Shown: positions 21,992 to 35,106 of the stretch, piece after piece
How positions within the stretch are numbered: the first letter of the stretch is position 1
Layout of the letters: each line of letters opens with the position of its first letter
NCBI RefSeq assembly: GCF_041886205.1
Contig: NZ_CP169029.1
DNA length: 64,000 nucleotides
Direction: 5' to 3' (one strand)
From: Escherichia coli
GTDB taxonomy: Bacteria > Pseudomonadota > Gammaproteobacteria > Enterobacterales > Enterobacteriaceae
Position numbers and translations under genes: made by a program
The notes under the pieces: generated by a model
Seen by the model: the letters and a program-made list of their open reading frames with translations, nothing else
The model's database searches: none
What the model was told of the DNA's origin: nothing

Positions 21992-22723
21992 ATGACATTT
22001 ATGAAAGGACTTTCCCTTTTGTTGTTGGTTGCCAGTCTGTGCAGCCACGCTGCACTACAACCCGATCGCACTCGTATTGTGTTCAACGCTAATGATAAAG
22101 CTACCAGTCTGCGAGTAGATAATCGTAGCGATAAACTCCCCTACCTCGCTTATTCCTGGCTCGAAAATGAAAAAGGGGAGAAAAGCGACGATCTTCTGGT
22201 CGCCCTGCCACCGATACAACGTCTGGAACCGAAAGCAACAACGCAGGTGCGGATAGTCAAGCAAGCGTCGACCGCGAAATTACCAGGCGATCGCGAAACG
22301 CTATTTTTCTACAATATACGTGAAGTTCCTCCCGCCCCGGAAAAAAACAGCGACCATGCCGTTTTGCAAGTCGCCATCCAGAGTCGTATCAAGGTGTTCT
22401 GGAGACCGTCCGCGTTACGCAAGAAAGCAGGAGAAAAGGTCGAACTGCAGCTGCAAGTCAGCCAGCAGGGCAACCAACTTAGCTTAAAAAACCCGACCGG
22501 TTATTATCTGACAATCGCCTACCTGGGCCGAAATGAGCAAGGCGTTCTCCCGGGTTTCAAAACTGTAATGATTGCGCCTTTTAGTACAGTCAGCACAAAC
22601 ACCGGAAGCTATAGCGGCAGCCAATTTTATCTCGGTTATATGGATGATTACGGCGCGTTACGCATGACAACGCTCAACTGCAGCGGACAATGCCGTTTAC
22701 AAGCAGTGGAGGCGAAGAAATGA
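21992..22723 (+). CDS. ybgP: Fimbrial periplasmic chaperone (PapD-like)
   Basis: About 243-aa ORF with signal peptide; start among three close ATGs is uncertain. Confidence 0.85.
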   Translation: MTFMKGLSLLLLVASLCSHAALQPDRTRIVFNANDKATSLRVDNRSDKLPYLAYSWLENEKGEKSDDLLVALPPIQRLEPKATTQVRIVKQASTAKLPGDRETLFFYNIREVPPAPEKNSDHAVLQVAIQSRIKVFWRPSALRKKAGEKVELQLQVSQQGNQLSLKNPTGYYLTIAYLGRNEQGVLPGFKTVMIAPFSTVSTNTGSYSGSQFYLGYMDDYGALRMTTLNCSGQCRLQAVEAKK

Positions 22724-23781
22724 GTGCTGGTAAGCGATTATTGCTCATCTTTTTTCTGCTGTTTCTACCCTTGAAGTCTGCGCTGGCGCTGAACTGCTAT
22801 TTTGGTACTTCCGGCGGGGCGGTAGAAAAATCGGAAGCTATTCAACCATTTGCTGTACCAGGCAATGCCAAACCAGGTGATAAGATCTGGGAATCTGACG
22901 ATATTAAAATTCCCGTCTATTGTGACAACAATACCAACGGCAATTTTGAAAGTGAGCATGTTTATGCCTGGGTAAACCCCTACCCGGGGGTGCAGGATCG
23001 CTATTATCAACTCGGCGTAACTTACAATGGCGTTGATTATGACGCCAACCAGGGAAAAAGCCGCATCGACACTAACCAGTGTATTGACAGTAAGAACATT
23101 GACATTTATATCCCTGAGCAGATTATCGCGATGGGATGGCAGAACAAAATTTGCTCGGGTGATCCCGCTAATATTCACATGTCGCGTACCTTTCTCGCTC
23201 GCATGCGGTTATACGTCAAAATACGAGAAATGCCGCCGCATGATTATCAAAGTACGCTTAGCGACTATATCGTCGTGCAATTTGACGGTGCCGGTAGCGT
23301 TAACGAAGACCCTACTGCCCAAAACCTGAAATATCATATTACTGGTCTGGAAAACATTCGCGTGCTGGATTGCAGCGTCAATTTTTCCATTTCACCGGAA
23401 ACACAGGTGATTGATTTTGGTAAATTTAATTTGCTGGATATTCGTCGCCACACAATGTCGAAAACATTCAGTATTAAGACGACAAAATCACAAAATGACC
23501 AATGCACCGACGGATTTAAAGTCAGTTCCTCGTTTTATACTGAAGAAACGTTGGTTGAAGAAGATAAAGCATTGTTGATTGGTAATGGTCTGAAGCTACG
23601 TTTACTGGATGAAAACGCCTCGCCTTATACCTTCAATAAATATGCTGAATACGCCGATTTCACCAGCGATATGCTGATCTACGAAAAAACCTATACGGCT
23701 GAACTTTCGTCCATTGCAGGCACCCCCATCGAGGCTGGGCCCTTCGATACAGTGGTGCTTTTTAAAATTAACTATAACTGA
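22720..23781 (+). CDS. ybgO: Fimbrial adhesin-like protein
   Basis: 353-aa ORF starting [23 protein letters not shown] (signal peptide); last gene of the operon, 4-bp overlap with ybgP. Confidence 0.8.
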   Translation: MSAGKRLLLIFFLLFLPLKSALALNCYFGTSGGAVEKSEAIQPFAVPGNAKPGDKIWESDDIKIPVYCDNNTNGNFESEHVYAWVNPYPGVQDRYYQLGVTYNGVDYDANQGKSRIDTNQCIDSKNIDIYIPEQIIAMGWQNKICSGDPANIHMSRTFLARMRLYVKIREMPPHDYQSTLSDYIVVQFDGAGSVNEDPTAQNLKYHITGLENIRVLDCSVNFSISPETQVIDFGKFNLLDIRRHTMSKTFSIKTTKSQNDQCTDGFKVSSSFYTEETLVEEDKALLIGNGLKLRLLDENASPYTFNKYAEYADFTSDMLIYEKTYTAELSSIAGTPIEAGPFDTVVLFKINYN

Positions 23782-23932
23782 TTTGCCATGATGCCCTTTG
23801 CAGCCGGAAAGGGCATCTCTTTCAGAAAATTGCTGATTTTCCCCTTTTCCTTGATTGCTGTTATTTTTTCCTGGCCCGGCTTTCTTTATGCTGTATCGAT
23901 ACACCAAAGAGAAAATAATGAGGGAGCGAAGG

Positions 23933-24979
23933 ATGCCAGTTTTGCAGTGGGGAATGTTATGTGTGCTATCACTTCTCCTTTCTATTGGTTTCCTCGCGGT
24001 ACATCTCCCGGCGGCGCTATTACTTGGGCCGATGATCGCCGGGATCATCTTCAGTATGCGCGGAATTACTCTGCAACTTCCCCGCTCCGCTTTTCTCGCC
24101 GCGCAGGCCATTCTTGGCTGCATGATTGCGCAAAACCTCACTGGTTCGATTCTCACCACGCTGGCCGCCAACTGGCCGATCGTGCTTGCTATTTTACTGG
24201 TGACGCTGCTTTCCAGCGCCATCGTGGGTTGGTTATTGGTGCGCTATAGCTCACTGCCTGGAAATACCGGTGCCTGGGGTTCTTCTCCAGGCGGCGCAGC
24301 GGCAATGGTCGCTATGGCGCAAGATTACGGCGCAGATATTCGCCTGGTTGCATTTATGCAATATCTGCGAGTGCTGTTCGTCGCGGGGGCCGCTGTTCTG
24401 GTCACCCGCATGATGCTGGGTGATAACGCTGAAGCGGTTAACCAGCAAATCGTCTGGTTCCCGCCAGTGAGCATTAATCTCCTGCTTACGATTTTGCTCG
24501 CAGTCGTTGCCGGTACGGCGGGATGCATGCTGCATCTTCCTTCCGGCACGATGCTCATCCCGATGCTGGCGGGCGCAGTGCTCCAGTCTGGTCAGCTCAT
24601 CACCATCGAACTACCGGAATGGCTGCTGGCGATGGCGTATATGGCAATTGGCTGGCGGATTGGTCTTGGTTTCGATAAACAAATCTTACTGCGGGCACTA
24701 CGCCCGCTACCGCAAATCCTGCTGTCGATTTTTGCTCTGCTGGCTATTTGTGCGGGTATGGCGTGGGGGCTGACCCGGTTTATGCACATTGATTTTATGA
24801 CTGCCTACCTCGCCACCAGTCCCGGCGGGCTTGATACCGTGGCGGTCATCGCCGCAGGGAGCAATGCCGATATGGCGCTTATTATGGCGATGCAAACCCT
24901 GCGCCTGTTCAGTATTTTGCTGACGGGGCCAGCCATTGCGCGGTTTATTTCAACCTATGCGCCGAAGCGGTCGGCCTAG
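23933..24979 (+). CDS. abrB: AbrB-family inner membrane protein (putative regulator of aidB; ybgN)
   Basis: Polytopic membrane ORF; start placed at [11 protein letters not shown] giving 348 aa. Confidence 0.8.
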   Translation: MPVLQWGMLCVLSLLLSIGFLAVHLPAALLLGPMIAGIIFSMRGITLQLPRSAFLAAQAILGCMIAQNLTGSILTTLAANWPIVLAILLVTLLSSAIVGWLLVRYSSLPGNTGAWGSSPGGAAAMVAMAQDYGADIRLVAFMQYLRVLFVAGAAVLVTRMMLGDNAEAVNQQIVWFPPVSINLLLTILLAVVAGTAGCMLHLPSGTMLIPMLAGAVLQSGQLITIELPEWLLAMAYMAIGWRIGLGFDKQILLRALRPLPQILLSIFALLAICAGMAWGLTRFMHIDFMTAYLATSPGGLDTVAVIAAGSNADMALIMAMQTLRLFSILLTGPAIARFISTYAPKRSA

Positions 24980-25767
24980 TGCTGGCAGCCAGGGCACCAG
25001 TAAAACGGGCGAGATGACAGCGTGGTTTTCTCAATGATGCTGCCACAGCGTTCGCACGGTTCGCCATCACGATGAAAAACCTTAAAGCGAAACAGCGCCC
25101 CATGATGCTTATTCTCATCCACCTGCCCCCGCGTAGCGTAAGAAAACCGAGGAATCTCCAGTAACGCGTGTGCGAGTGCATCCAGTTGCGCCGCATTGAG
25201 ATCTTTCGCTTTATGATTTCCAGTCAACCCAACCTGCCAGAGGATCTCCACCCGCAAATAATTGCCAAGCCCAGCCAGAAACGCCTGATCGAGCAGTAAT
25301 CCTGCAAACTGACGGTTACGAAAGCGCGGTGACAATAACCGTTCCTTTACCACCTCCGGCGTCAGATTCGGATCCAGCACATCGGGACCAACGCGTTGTA
25401 AAAACGGATGCGTGGTCAGTTGTTCCGGCCTCAACATCTCAATATCCGAGGCGCTATAAAGCAGAATGGTTTTGTCAGCCGTTTGCAGTTTTACCCGCAA
25501 TACTCGCGTGGTCTGCGGCTCTTCGCCGGTATCAACCACGCGCCAGACGCCGTAAAGCTGATTATGGCTGTAGAGCGTTAAGTCGTTGGAAAAATGAGTT
25601 AACAACGCCTTACCACGCGTTTCCACATGGGTAACGTGTTGACCGATAAGTTGTGATTGATAAGTTTTTAACTGCGGGAAGGCAAACCAGACATCAGTTA
25701 GTGGTTTGCCTTTGATCGCCGCCTCCAGGTTATCCGCTGCACGGCGGATCTCCGGGCCTTCAGGCAT
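24976..25767 (-). CDS. nei: Endonuclease VIII (Fpg/Nei family DNA glycosylase)
   Basis: 263-aa [24 protein letters not shown]..., C-terminal zinc finger [26 protein letters not shown]. Confidence 0.95.
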   Translation of the reverse strand: MPEGPEIRRAADNLEAAIKGKPLTDVWFAFPQLKTYQSQLIGQHVTHVETRGKALLTHFSNDLTLYSHNQLYGVWRVVDTGEEPQTTRVLRVKLQTADKTILLYSASDIEMLRPEQLTTHPFLQRVGPDVLDPNLTPEVVKERLLSPRFRNRQFAGLLLDQAFLAGLGNYLRVEILWQVGLTGNHKAKDLNAAQLDALAHALLEIPRFSYATRGQVDENKHHGALFRFKVFHRDGEPCERCGSIIEKTTLSSRPFYWCPGCQH

Positions 25768-25802
25768 GGTGATATCCTTTTTTCATTCTTTATTAATCGG
25801 GG

Positions 25803-26537
25803 TTATGCTGCGACAACAATCTCCTTTTCGGCAAATGTAGAGCGTAGTCGGCGGGCGAACGCCAGTGCGTGCTCGCCGTCGCCATGCAGGCAGACTGTTT
25901 GCGCCGTGACCGTTGCCCATTCGCCGGTGATACTTTTGACTCTGCCGTGTTGCACCATCTCTAGCGTTTGCGCCAGCGCCTGTTCTTCGTTTTCAATCAA
26001 CGCGCCTGGCTGACTTCGCGGCACCAGCGAGCCGTCAGCCTGATAACCGCGATCGGCAAACACTTCCTCGCGCGTTGTCAGGCCATATTGCTTGCCTGCA
26101 CGAATCAGCTCGCTTCCTGCCAGCCCAACGAGAATCAATGCCGGATCGCAAGCGTATACCGCTCTGGCGATGGCGTCTGCCAGTTGTGCTTCTTTCGCCG
26201 CCTGGTTGTACAACATGCCGTGCGGTTTGACATGACGCATTACGCCGCCTTGCGCACGGGCAATCGTTGCCAGCGCGCCAATTTGATACAGCGTCTGGGC
26301 GTAAACGGTTTCTGGCGGCAGCTGCATGGCGCTGCGACCAAAATTTTCCCTGTCGGGAAAACTCGGGTGAGCGCCAATCGCGACACCATTTTTTATTGCT
26401 TCACGCACGCAAGCCTGCATGGTTTGGGCATCGCCTGCATGAAATCCACAAGCAATATTGGCAGAGGAAACCAGCGTTAATAGCTCTGCGTCGCTGGCGC
26501 AGCCTTCGCCCAGATCGGCGTTCAGGTCAATTTTCAT
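25803..26537 (-). CDS. pxpA: 5-oxoprolinase subunit A (LamB/YcsF family)
   Basis: 244-aa [15 protein letters not shown]...; formerly ybgL. Confidence 0.9.
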
Positions 26538-27459
26538 TGTGCAGCCGCCACGCTAATTGTTCAAAATAACGTTGCTGATCTTGCCGCGCTTTCAGTGCCT
26601 CTTCCAGTGAACACTGGACAAAATGAATCGGCTGACCGAGCGGAATTTGCGCCAGATGGTACATATCAGCCTCAATGATACAGGCAATACGCGGGTAACC
26701 ACCGGTGGTCTGTGCGTCGTTCATCAACACAATCGGCTGCCCGTTATGTGGCACCTGCACCACGCCCGGTAACAAACCGTGAGATAACAGTTCGCGATCG
26801 GTGGTGCGTTTTAAAATTTGCCCCTGTAAGCGATAGCCCATGCGGTTACTTTGCGAGCTAAGCTGCCAGGGCGAACGCCAGAATGCATCCTGCGAGGCGC
26901 GATCGAACTCATGATATTCCGGCCCCGGCAAGGCGCGAATGCGGTTGCCCCACAGCAGCTGTTTAACGCCCTGCGCTTCCATAGAATCACGCTTCGATTT
27001 GCCAATCGGGAGTCGGTCACCATCCTTCAGTAAACGGCCTTCCAGCCCGCCAATCCCCACTTTGAGATCGGTGCTGCATGAGCCCATTACCGGCGGAACA
27101 TCAATACCACCCGCGACCGCCAGATAACTGCGCATCCCGTGCTGCGGGCGTTTAAGCGTTAAACGCTGGCCTGCTTTCATCGGCAATCGCCAGCCGGTCC
27201 AGACGGCATTATCATCCAGCCGCGCTTCGCAACCGGCCCCCGTCAGAGCAAACCACCCATCAGTTTCGAACTCAACCGTTAACTGACCGAGCGTGATCTC
27301 CAGCGCGGGGGCATTGGCGTCATTACCCACCAGCAGGTTAGAAATGCGCAGCGCAGGCATATCCAGTGCGCCGCAGTGGCTGATACCCGACTGGCGAAAA
27401 CCGTGACGACCGCCATCCTGCACAGTGGTATACATGCCCGCACGAATAATCTTCAGCAT
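26527..27459 (-). CDS. pxpC: 5-oxoprolinase subunit C (allophanate hydrolase subunit 2-like)
   Basis: 310-aa ORF; formerly ybgK; overlaps pxpA and pxpB. Confidence 0.9.
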
Positions 27460-28109
27460 ACACCCTCCTTCTGCGGTACAAAGCGCACGCTGTCTCCCGG
27501 ACGTAATAAGATGGGTTCGTCACGCGCCGGATCAAACAGGCTGAGTGAGGTATGACCAATCAACTGCCAGCCACCCGGCGTTGCCAGCGGATAAACACCA
27601 GTCTGCGGCCCGCCGATCCCGACAGAACCTGCCGGAACGAGCAAGCGCGGTTCAGCGCGCCGTGGCGTGTGTAGTTGTTCCGGCAAACTCCCGAGATACG
27701 GGAAGCCCGGTTGAAAACCTAAAAACCAGACCACGTATTCCACGAAGGAGTGCAATTCAACAACCTGTTTTTCGCTCAACCCGCAATGCGCCGCGACCAC
27801 CGCCAAATCCGGTCCGCCTGCACCACCGTAAACCACCGGAATTTCAATAAAGCGAGACTCAGGTTCCAGGGCCTCGCTCTCCTCCCACCAGCGTTGCAAA
27901 CGCTCTATGGCATCCAGCGCCAGCGACTCAGGATTACGCAAAATCACCGTGATATTGTTCATGCCGGGAATGGCTTCAACCACATTCGGCATATCCACCA
28001 GACGCTGCGCCAGTCGCCAGATCCGTTTCTGGCTAGCCAGCGTCACCGGCGGTTCCAGTTCCAGCACTACCGCCGTTTCACCTATCAGATAACAACGCGC
28101 TCGTTGCAC
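27453..28109 (-). CDS. pxpB: 5-oxoprolinase subunit B (allophanate hydrolase subunit 1-like)
   Basis: 218-aa ORF; formerly ybgJ. Confidence 0.9.
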   Translation of the reverse strand: MQRARCYLIGETAVVLELEPPVTLASQKRIWRLAQRLVDMPNVVEAIPGMNNITVILRNPESLALDAIERLQRWWEESEALEPESRFIEIPVVYGGAGGPDLAVVAAHCGLSEKQVVELHSFVEYVVWFLGFQPGFPYLGSLPEQLHTPRRAEPRLLVPAGSVGIGGPQTGVYPLATPGGWQLIGHTSLSLFDPARDEPILLRPGDSVRFVPQKEGVC

Positions 28110-28131
28110 TTTCGATCCCTCTGATTATTCG

Positions 28132-28875
28132 TTATGCAGGATTTGGAATATCAATAAAGGTCACATCAAGATCGGTATTTTCATTCAGCCACTCGCTCAA
28201 TGCGCGAATACCACCACGTTCAGTGGCATGGTGACCTGCAGCATAAAAATGCAATCCCTGCTCGCGGGCTGAATGAATGGTCTGTTCAGAAACTTCGCCA
28301 GTAATAAAAGCATCCACGCCAAAACGCGCGGCGCTATCGATAAAACTTTGCCCGCCGCCCGTGCACCAGGCGACGCGCTGGACCACCTCAGGTCCGGTAT
28401 CGCCACACCATAACGGCTTACGTCCCAGACGCGCTTCAATCCAGGAAGCCAGCTCCAGTCCCGGCACAGGCATGGTCAGCTCTCCCCACGGCACCAACGG
28501 CTCAATTTCGCCCATGACCGTGATCCCCAGTAACGCCGCCAGCTGTGCGTTATTGCCCAGCTCAGGATGTGCGTCAAGCGGCAAATGCCAGCCATACAGG
28601 TTGATATCATTCGCCAGCAACGTTTTTAAACGGTTACGCTTCATTCCGCGAATGACCGGAGACTCTCCTTTCCAGAAGTAGCCATGATGCACAATGACCG
28701 CATCCGCGCCCAGACGCACTGCCTCATCGAGCAAAGCCTGGCTGGCGGTGACACCGGTAACAATTTTTTGCACCGTCTCTTTGCCTTCCACCTGCAAACC
28801 ATTCGGCGCGTAATCACTAATCGCCGCGCTGTTCAGTTTTTCGTTAATCAGTTGTTCCAGTTCGGTGTTTTTCAT
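28132..28875 (-). CDS. ybgI: Nif3-family dinuclear metal-centre protein (GTP cyclohydrolase 1 type 2 homolog)
   Basis: 247-aa ORF, first gene of the ybgI-pxpBCA-nei operon. Confidence 0.9.
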   Translation of the reverse strand: MKNTELEQLINEKLNSAAISDYAPNGLQVEGKETVQKIVTGVTASQALLDEAVRLGADAVIVHHGYFWKGESPVIRGMKRNRLKTLLANDINLYGWHLPLDAHPELGNNAQLAALLGITVMGEIEPLVPWGELTMPVPGLELASWIEARLGRKPLWCGDTGPEVVQRVAWCTGGGQSFIDSAARFGVDAFITGEVSEQTIHSAREQGLHFYAAGHHATERGGIRALSEWLNENTDLDVTFIDIPNPA

Positions 28876-28962
28876 CTTCGCGCCTTCCGTATTCTGATAG
28901 CTACACCGTTAACATAGCGTTACCTCGCCTGTTCGTCGATAGCCAATCTTTTGACATATTAA

Positions 28963-30627
<1,665 letters not shown>

Positions 30628-30639
30628 TAGGCCAGCACC

Positions 30640-30776
30640 GATGCCTGATGCGACGCTTGACGCGTCTTATCAGGCCTACGTATTTCCTGCAATTTATTGA
30701 ATTTGCACAAATTTGTAGGCTGGATAAGGCGTTCACGCCGCATCCGGCATCTGGGCTCGATTGCCTGACGCGTCTG
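30640..30776. repeat. REP/BIME cluster between convergent dtpD and phr
   Basis: REP motifs (tgcctgatgcgacgc...cgtcttatcaggcctac; gccggatgcggcgtgaacgccttatcc on the opposite strand) seen directly. Confidence 0.7.
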
Positions 30777-32195
30777 TTATTTCCCCTTCCGCGCCGCCTC
30801 ATACGCTGCCAACGTTTGTACTCTCGCTTCTTTGTGCTCGACTATCGGTTGCGGATAATCCAGCGTCACACCTGCTTTCTGCGCCCACTTCCACGGCTCA
30901 TGCACCACTTTCCCTGGCACATCGCGCAGTTCCGGTAGCCACTGGCGGATAAACTCGCCCTCATGGTCAAATTTCTCGCCCTGAGTTATCGGATTGAAAA
31001 TACGAAAATACGGCGCAGCATCAGTACCCGTAGAAGCCGCCCACTGCCAGCCACCGTTATTAGCTGCCAAATCACCATCAATCAGCTGCGACATGAAATA
31101 TCGCTCGCCTTCGCGCCAGTCGATCAATAAATCTTTCACCAGAAAACTGGCTGTAATCATCCGTAGCCGGTTATGCATCCAGCCAGTGCTGTTAAGCTGA
31201 CGCATGGCAGCATCGACAATCGGGTATCCCGTTTTGCCTTCCTGCCAGGCCTGTAAATGTGCGGGATTGCTCTGCCACTGCACACGATCCGTCCAGGCAA
31301 TAAACGGACAATGTTTACACAACGAGGGGTAATACGTCATCAGATGACGGTAGAACTCGCGCCAGATCAGCTCACTAAGCCAGACACTACCGGCCCCACC
31401 GTCCAGCGCCTGCGGCTGTTCCGCCAACAAGCGATGCAAACACTGGCGAGGCGATAACCCGCCCGTTGCCAGGCTGGCGGACAAACGACTGGTGCCTTCC
31501 ACTGCCGGAAAATCTCGTTGTTGCTCATATTCTCCGGCACCGTTCTGGCAAAACTGGCGTAATTGCGCAATCGCCGCTTTTTCTTCCACCGGGAAATGCG
31601 CAGTATCGAAAGACTGACGAGGATAATTCAGCGTAATGGATGGCGCGGGCTTTATCGATCCGCTACTACGAACTTTTGGTGCAGCGACGCACTCCGGCAT
31701 CCCTTCCCGCAGCCGTTTCAGCCAGGCATTCTTAAAAGGCGTAAAGACTTTGCACATTTCGTGATTGCCGGTCATCACCGCCCCCGGCGGCAGGATCACA
31801 CTGTCATCAAATCCTTCACACACCACGTTACGCAGCGCTCTTTCAACTTCCACATCCCGCGCCCGCTCATTCACTTCATACTGATAGTTATAAAACAGGT
31901 GGGTAACGCTGTTTTCCGCGCACACCTGTTTAACTATTTCGACACTGGCGACAAAGTCATCCACTTCACGGAACAATAAAGGAATACCTTTTTCCGCAAG
32001 CGCTATTTGTAGCCCATTCAGTTGAGCATTGATAAGTTCAGCCTGACGCGGCGACATGTTATGCGTCGCCCACTGGCGTGGTGTAGCGATATACAACGCC
32101 AGCACGCGTGCAGACGAATTGCGGCAGGCGGCAGCCAGTGCGAGATTATCGTGCAGACGTAAATCCTGGCGAAACCAGACCAGATGGGTAGTCAT
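30777..32195 (-). CDS. phr: Deoxyribodipyrimidine photolyase
   Basis: 472-aa ORF, MTTHLVWFRQDLRLHDNLALAAA... photolyase/cryptochrome family. Confidence 0.95.
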   Translation of the reverse strand: MTTHLVWFRQDLRLHDNLALAAACRNSSARVLALYIATPRQWATHNMSPRQAELINAQLNGLQIALAEKGIPLLFREVDDFVASVEIVKQVCAENSVTHLFYNYQYEVNERARDVEVERALRNVVCEGFDDSVILPPGAVMTGNHEMCKVFTPFKNAWLKRLREGMPECVAAPKVRSSGSIKPAPSITLNYPRQSFDTAHFPVEEKAAIAQLRQFCQNGAGEYEQQRDFPAVEGTSRLSASLATGGLSPRQCLHRLLAEQPQALDGGAGSVWLSELIWREFYRHLMTYYPSLCKHCPFIAWTDRVQWQSNPAHLQAWQEGKTGYPIVDAAMRQLNSTGWMHNRLRMITASFLVKDLLIDWREGERYFMSQLIDGDLAANNGGWQWAASTGTDAAPYFRIFNPITQGEKFDHEGEFIRQWLPELRDVPGKVVHEPWKWAQKAGVTLDYPQPIVEHKEARVQTLAAYEAARKGK

Positions 32196-32701
32196 AAAAC
32201 TCCTGAATGGCGCAAGTTAATCACACGCGGCCAAAGTTCGAAATAACGCTGCCCTGAAAGCCAGGCGTCAGGATAAAGCGCCATATAGTGTTTGATACGC
32301 ATCAGCGGCGCAAGAAGTGGTTGCTCGCCACGGCGATAACTGTCGATAAGCGCAGCCAGCTGCTGGCGTTCTGTGGAATCAATATGCGGGCGAAAATAAC
32401 CCTGAACGTGCATCAAAACGTTGGTGTGGTCACGTCGGTTGGCGGGGTGAGAAAGCAAAACAACTACGCGTTGGCGGTACTGGTTGTAATAGTCATCCAG
32501 ATTTTGCCACTGGTGAATATCAGCCACGAACGGGCCAAGTTTGCGGTACTCCGGCTGAGAATGCGCCAGAAAGACGAGTTTATAGCGGCTGTGATAATCG
32601 AGAAGCGCCCCGCGCGTTAAGCCATGTTCTTTCAGTCGATGTAACTCATGAAGGGCAAAGATACGGATTAGGGTGCTGTCATCAAATCGTTGTAGATTCA
32701 T
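32192..32701 (-). CDS. ybgA: DUF1722-family protein co-transcribed with phr
   Basis: Start placed at MNLQRFDD (169 aa), preceded by an AGGAG Shine-Dalgarno at good spacing; 4-bp overlap with phr start. Confidence 0.85.
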   Translation of the reverse strand: MNLQRFDDSTLIRIFALHELHRLKEHGLTRGALLDYHSRYKLVFLAHSQPEYRKLGPFVADIHQWQNLDDYYNQYRQRVVVLLSHPANRRDHTNVLMHVQGYFRPHIDSTERQQLAALIDSYRRGEQPLLAPLMRIKHYMALYPDAWLSGQRYFELWPRVINLRHSGVL

Positions 32702-32802
32702 TACTGCTCCTGAACGGTTTACAGGAGTAAGTGTAGACGGCGAAAAGAAAAAAACCGCCAGCATCTCCACTAGCGGTTTTCAATGTATTCAAAACTCAGC
32801 AA

Positions 32803-33009
32803 TCAATAAAAATCACCAGTTGCCTTTTCGGCCTGATCCATCCACACCGGTTTATCGCTGGTTTTCGACCAGACGCGATGCAGGTAGCTGTAAAAGCGGG
32901 CGCGGTCTTTCCAGAAAAGCATGAAAGGCAGCGCCAGAACGCCCGCTGCAACCGCATAAGTACGGCGTAAAAAGATAAGCCATGCAGGATATTCTCTGTA
33001 GAGTTCCAT
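32803..33009 (-). CDS. ybfA: Small DUF2517-type protein YbfA
   Basis: 68-aa [37 protein letters not shown]..., adjacent and divergent to kdpF. Confidence 0.75.
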
Positions 33010-33218
33010 ACTTTTCTCCCCCTTTTGTATCTACCCGGTGAATGGCACCGGAAAAATGAATTTGTTTATCTGATGAAAATAGTACCGCCTTTTGTGTAAT
33101 TTTACTACTCATCCGACCACTTATTTTTGCTTATTGATGGTTTATTTACATTCATCCTGTAATTAAGTTACACAAAAGTTAAATTAATACTAAACATTAG
33201 TTAAATCATGGCTTTTGC

Positions 33219-33248
33219 CATTTTTATACTTTTTTTACACCCCGCCCG
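33219..33248 (+). promoter_or_regulatory. KdpE response-regulator binding site of the kdpFABC promoter
   Basis: Sequence catttttatactttttttacaccccgcccg about 75-100 bp upstream of kdpF matches the KdpE operator as I recall it; imperfect direct repeat of T-rich half-sites seen directly. Confidence 0.6.
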
Positions 33249-33321
33249 CAGATTTTTGCGAAATCTTTGCAGCCAGAATTCTACCCTTCCGGTATCACTT
33301 TTAGGCCACTGGAGGTGCACT

Positions 33322-33411
33322 GTGAGTGCAGGCGTGATAACCGGCGTATTGCTGGTGTTTTTATTACTGGGTTATCTGGTTTATGCCCTGATCAATGCGG
33401 AGGCGTTCTGA
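33322..33411 (+). CDS. kdpF: K+-transporting ATPase small subunit KdpF
   Basis: 29-aa hydrophobic peptide (GTG start) [28 protein letters not shown]; stop overlaps kdpA ATG by 1 nt. Confidence 0.85.
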
Positions 33412-35084
33412 TGGCTGCGCAAGGGTTCTTACTGATCGCCACGTTTTTACTGGTGTTAATGGTGCTGGCGCGTCCTTTAGGCAGCGGGCTGGCGCGGCTG
33501 ATTAATGACATTCCTCTTCCCGGTACAACGGGCGTTGAGCGCGTACTTTTTCGCGCACTTGGCGTCTCTGACCGTGAGATGAACTGGAAGCAATATCTCT
33601 GTGCCATTCTCGGCCTGAACATGCTGGGGCTGGCGGTGCTGTTTTTTATGTTGCTCGGTCAGCACTATCTGCCGCTTAATCCACAGCAGTTGCCGGGGCT
33701 GTCGTGGGATCTGGCGCTGAATACCGCCGTCAGCTTTGTCACGAATACCAACTGGCAATCTTACAGCGGTGAAACCACGTTGAGCTATTTCAGCCAGATG
33801 GCTGGCTTAACGGTGCAAAACTTTCTTTCTGCCGCCAGCGGGATTGCGGTGATTTTTGCCCTCATCCGTGCGTTTACCCGCCAGAGCATGAGCACACTCG
33901 GGAATGCCTGGGTCGATCTGCTACGCATCACGTTATGGGTGCTCGTCCCTGTGGCGTTGTTGATCGCACTGTTTTTTATTCAACAAGGTGCGCTGCAAAA
34001 CTTTCAGCCTTATCAGGCTGTGAATACCGTTGAAGGAGCGCAACAGCTGTTACCCATGGGGCCTGTAGCTTCTCAGGAAGCGATCAAGATGCTCGGTACT
34101 AACGGCGGTGGCTTCTTTAATGCCAACTCGTCGCATCCGTTTGAAAACCCAACCGCACTGACCAACTTCGTGCAGATGCTGGCGATCTTCTTGATCCCAA
34201 CGGCGCTGTGCTTTGCCTTTGGTGAAGTGACGGGCGATCGCCGCCAGGGGCGCATGTTGCTGTGGGCGATGTCAGTGATTTTTGTCATCTGCGTAGGCGT
34301 GGTGATGTGGGCAGAAGTTCAGGGTAATCCTCATCTGCTGGCGCTCGGCGCAGACAGCAGCATCAATATGGAAGGTAAAGAGAGCCGTTTCGGCGTGCTG
34401 GTCAGTAGCCTGTTTGCGGTCGTGACTACGGCGGCTTCCTGTGGCGCGGTGATTGCGATGCATGATTCGTTTACCGCTCTCGGTGGCATGGTGCCGATGT
34501 GGCTGATGCAAATTGGTGAAGTGGTGTTCGGCGGTGTCGGTTCTGGTCTTTACGGCATGATGCTGTTTGTCCTGCTGGCGGTGTTTATTGCCGGGCTGAT
34601 GATTGGTCGTACACCGGAATATCTGGGTAAAAAAATCGACGTACGTGAGATGAAACTGACTGCACTGGCGATTCTGGTCACCCCGACGCTGGTGCTGATG
34701 GGCGCGGCGCTGGCAATGATGACCGACGCCGGACGTAGCGCCATGCTCAACCCTGGCCCGCATGGTTTTAGCGAAGTGCTGTACGCCGTGTCATCCGCCG
34801 CTAACAACAACGGCAGCGCCTTTGCCGGATTAAGCGCCAACTCTCCGTTCTGGAACTGTTTACTGGCGTTCTGCATGTTTGTCGGTCGCTTCGGGGTGAT
34901 TATCCCGGTGATGGCAATTGCCGGTTCGCTGGTGAGTAAAAAGAGCCAACCCGCCAGCTCCGGCACGCTGCCAACGCACGGCCCGCTGTTTGTTGGCCTG
35001 TTAATCGGCACCGTGTTGCTGGTTGGCGCACTGACCTTTATCCCTGCCCTGGCGCTTGGTCCGGTGGCGGAATATCTCTCCTGA
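33411..35084 (+). CDS. kdpA: K+-transporting ATPase subunit A
   Basis: 557 aa from [25 protein letters not shown]; the ORF-track N-terminal extension is rejected. Confidence 0.95.
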   Translation: MAAQGFLLIATFLLVLMVLARPLGSGLARLINDIPLPGTTGVERVLFRALGVSDREMNWKQYLCAILGLNMLGLAVLFFMLLGQHYLPLNPQQLPGLSWDLALNTAVSFVTNTNWQSYSGETTLSYFSQMAGLTVQNFLSAASGIAVIFALIRAFTRQSMSTLGNAWVDLLRITLWVLVPVALLIALFFIQQGALQNFQPYQAVNTVEGAQQLLPMGPVASQEAIKMLGTNGGGFFNANSSHPFENPTALTNFVQMLAIFLIPTALCFAFGEVTGDRRQGRMLLWAMSVIFVICVGVVMWAEVQGNPHLLALGADSSINMEGKESRFGVLVSSLFAVVTTAASCGAVIAMHDSFTALGGMVPMWLMQIGEVVFGGVGSGLYGMMLFVLLAVFIAGLMIGRTPEYLGKKIDVREMKLTALAILVTPTLVLMGAALAMMTDAGRSAMLNPGPHGFSEVLYAVSSAANNNGSAFAGLSANSPFWNCLLAFCMFVGRFGVIIPVMAIAGSLVSKKSQPASSGTLPTHGPLFVGLLIGTVLLVGALTFIPALALGPVAEYLS

Positions 35085-35106
35085 TGATATTGAGTGAGCA
35101 CTGAAT

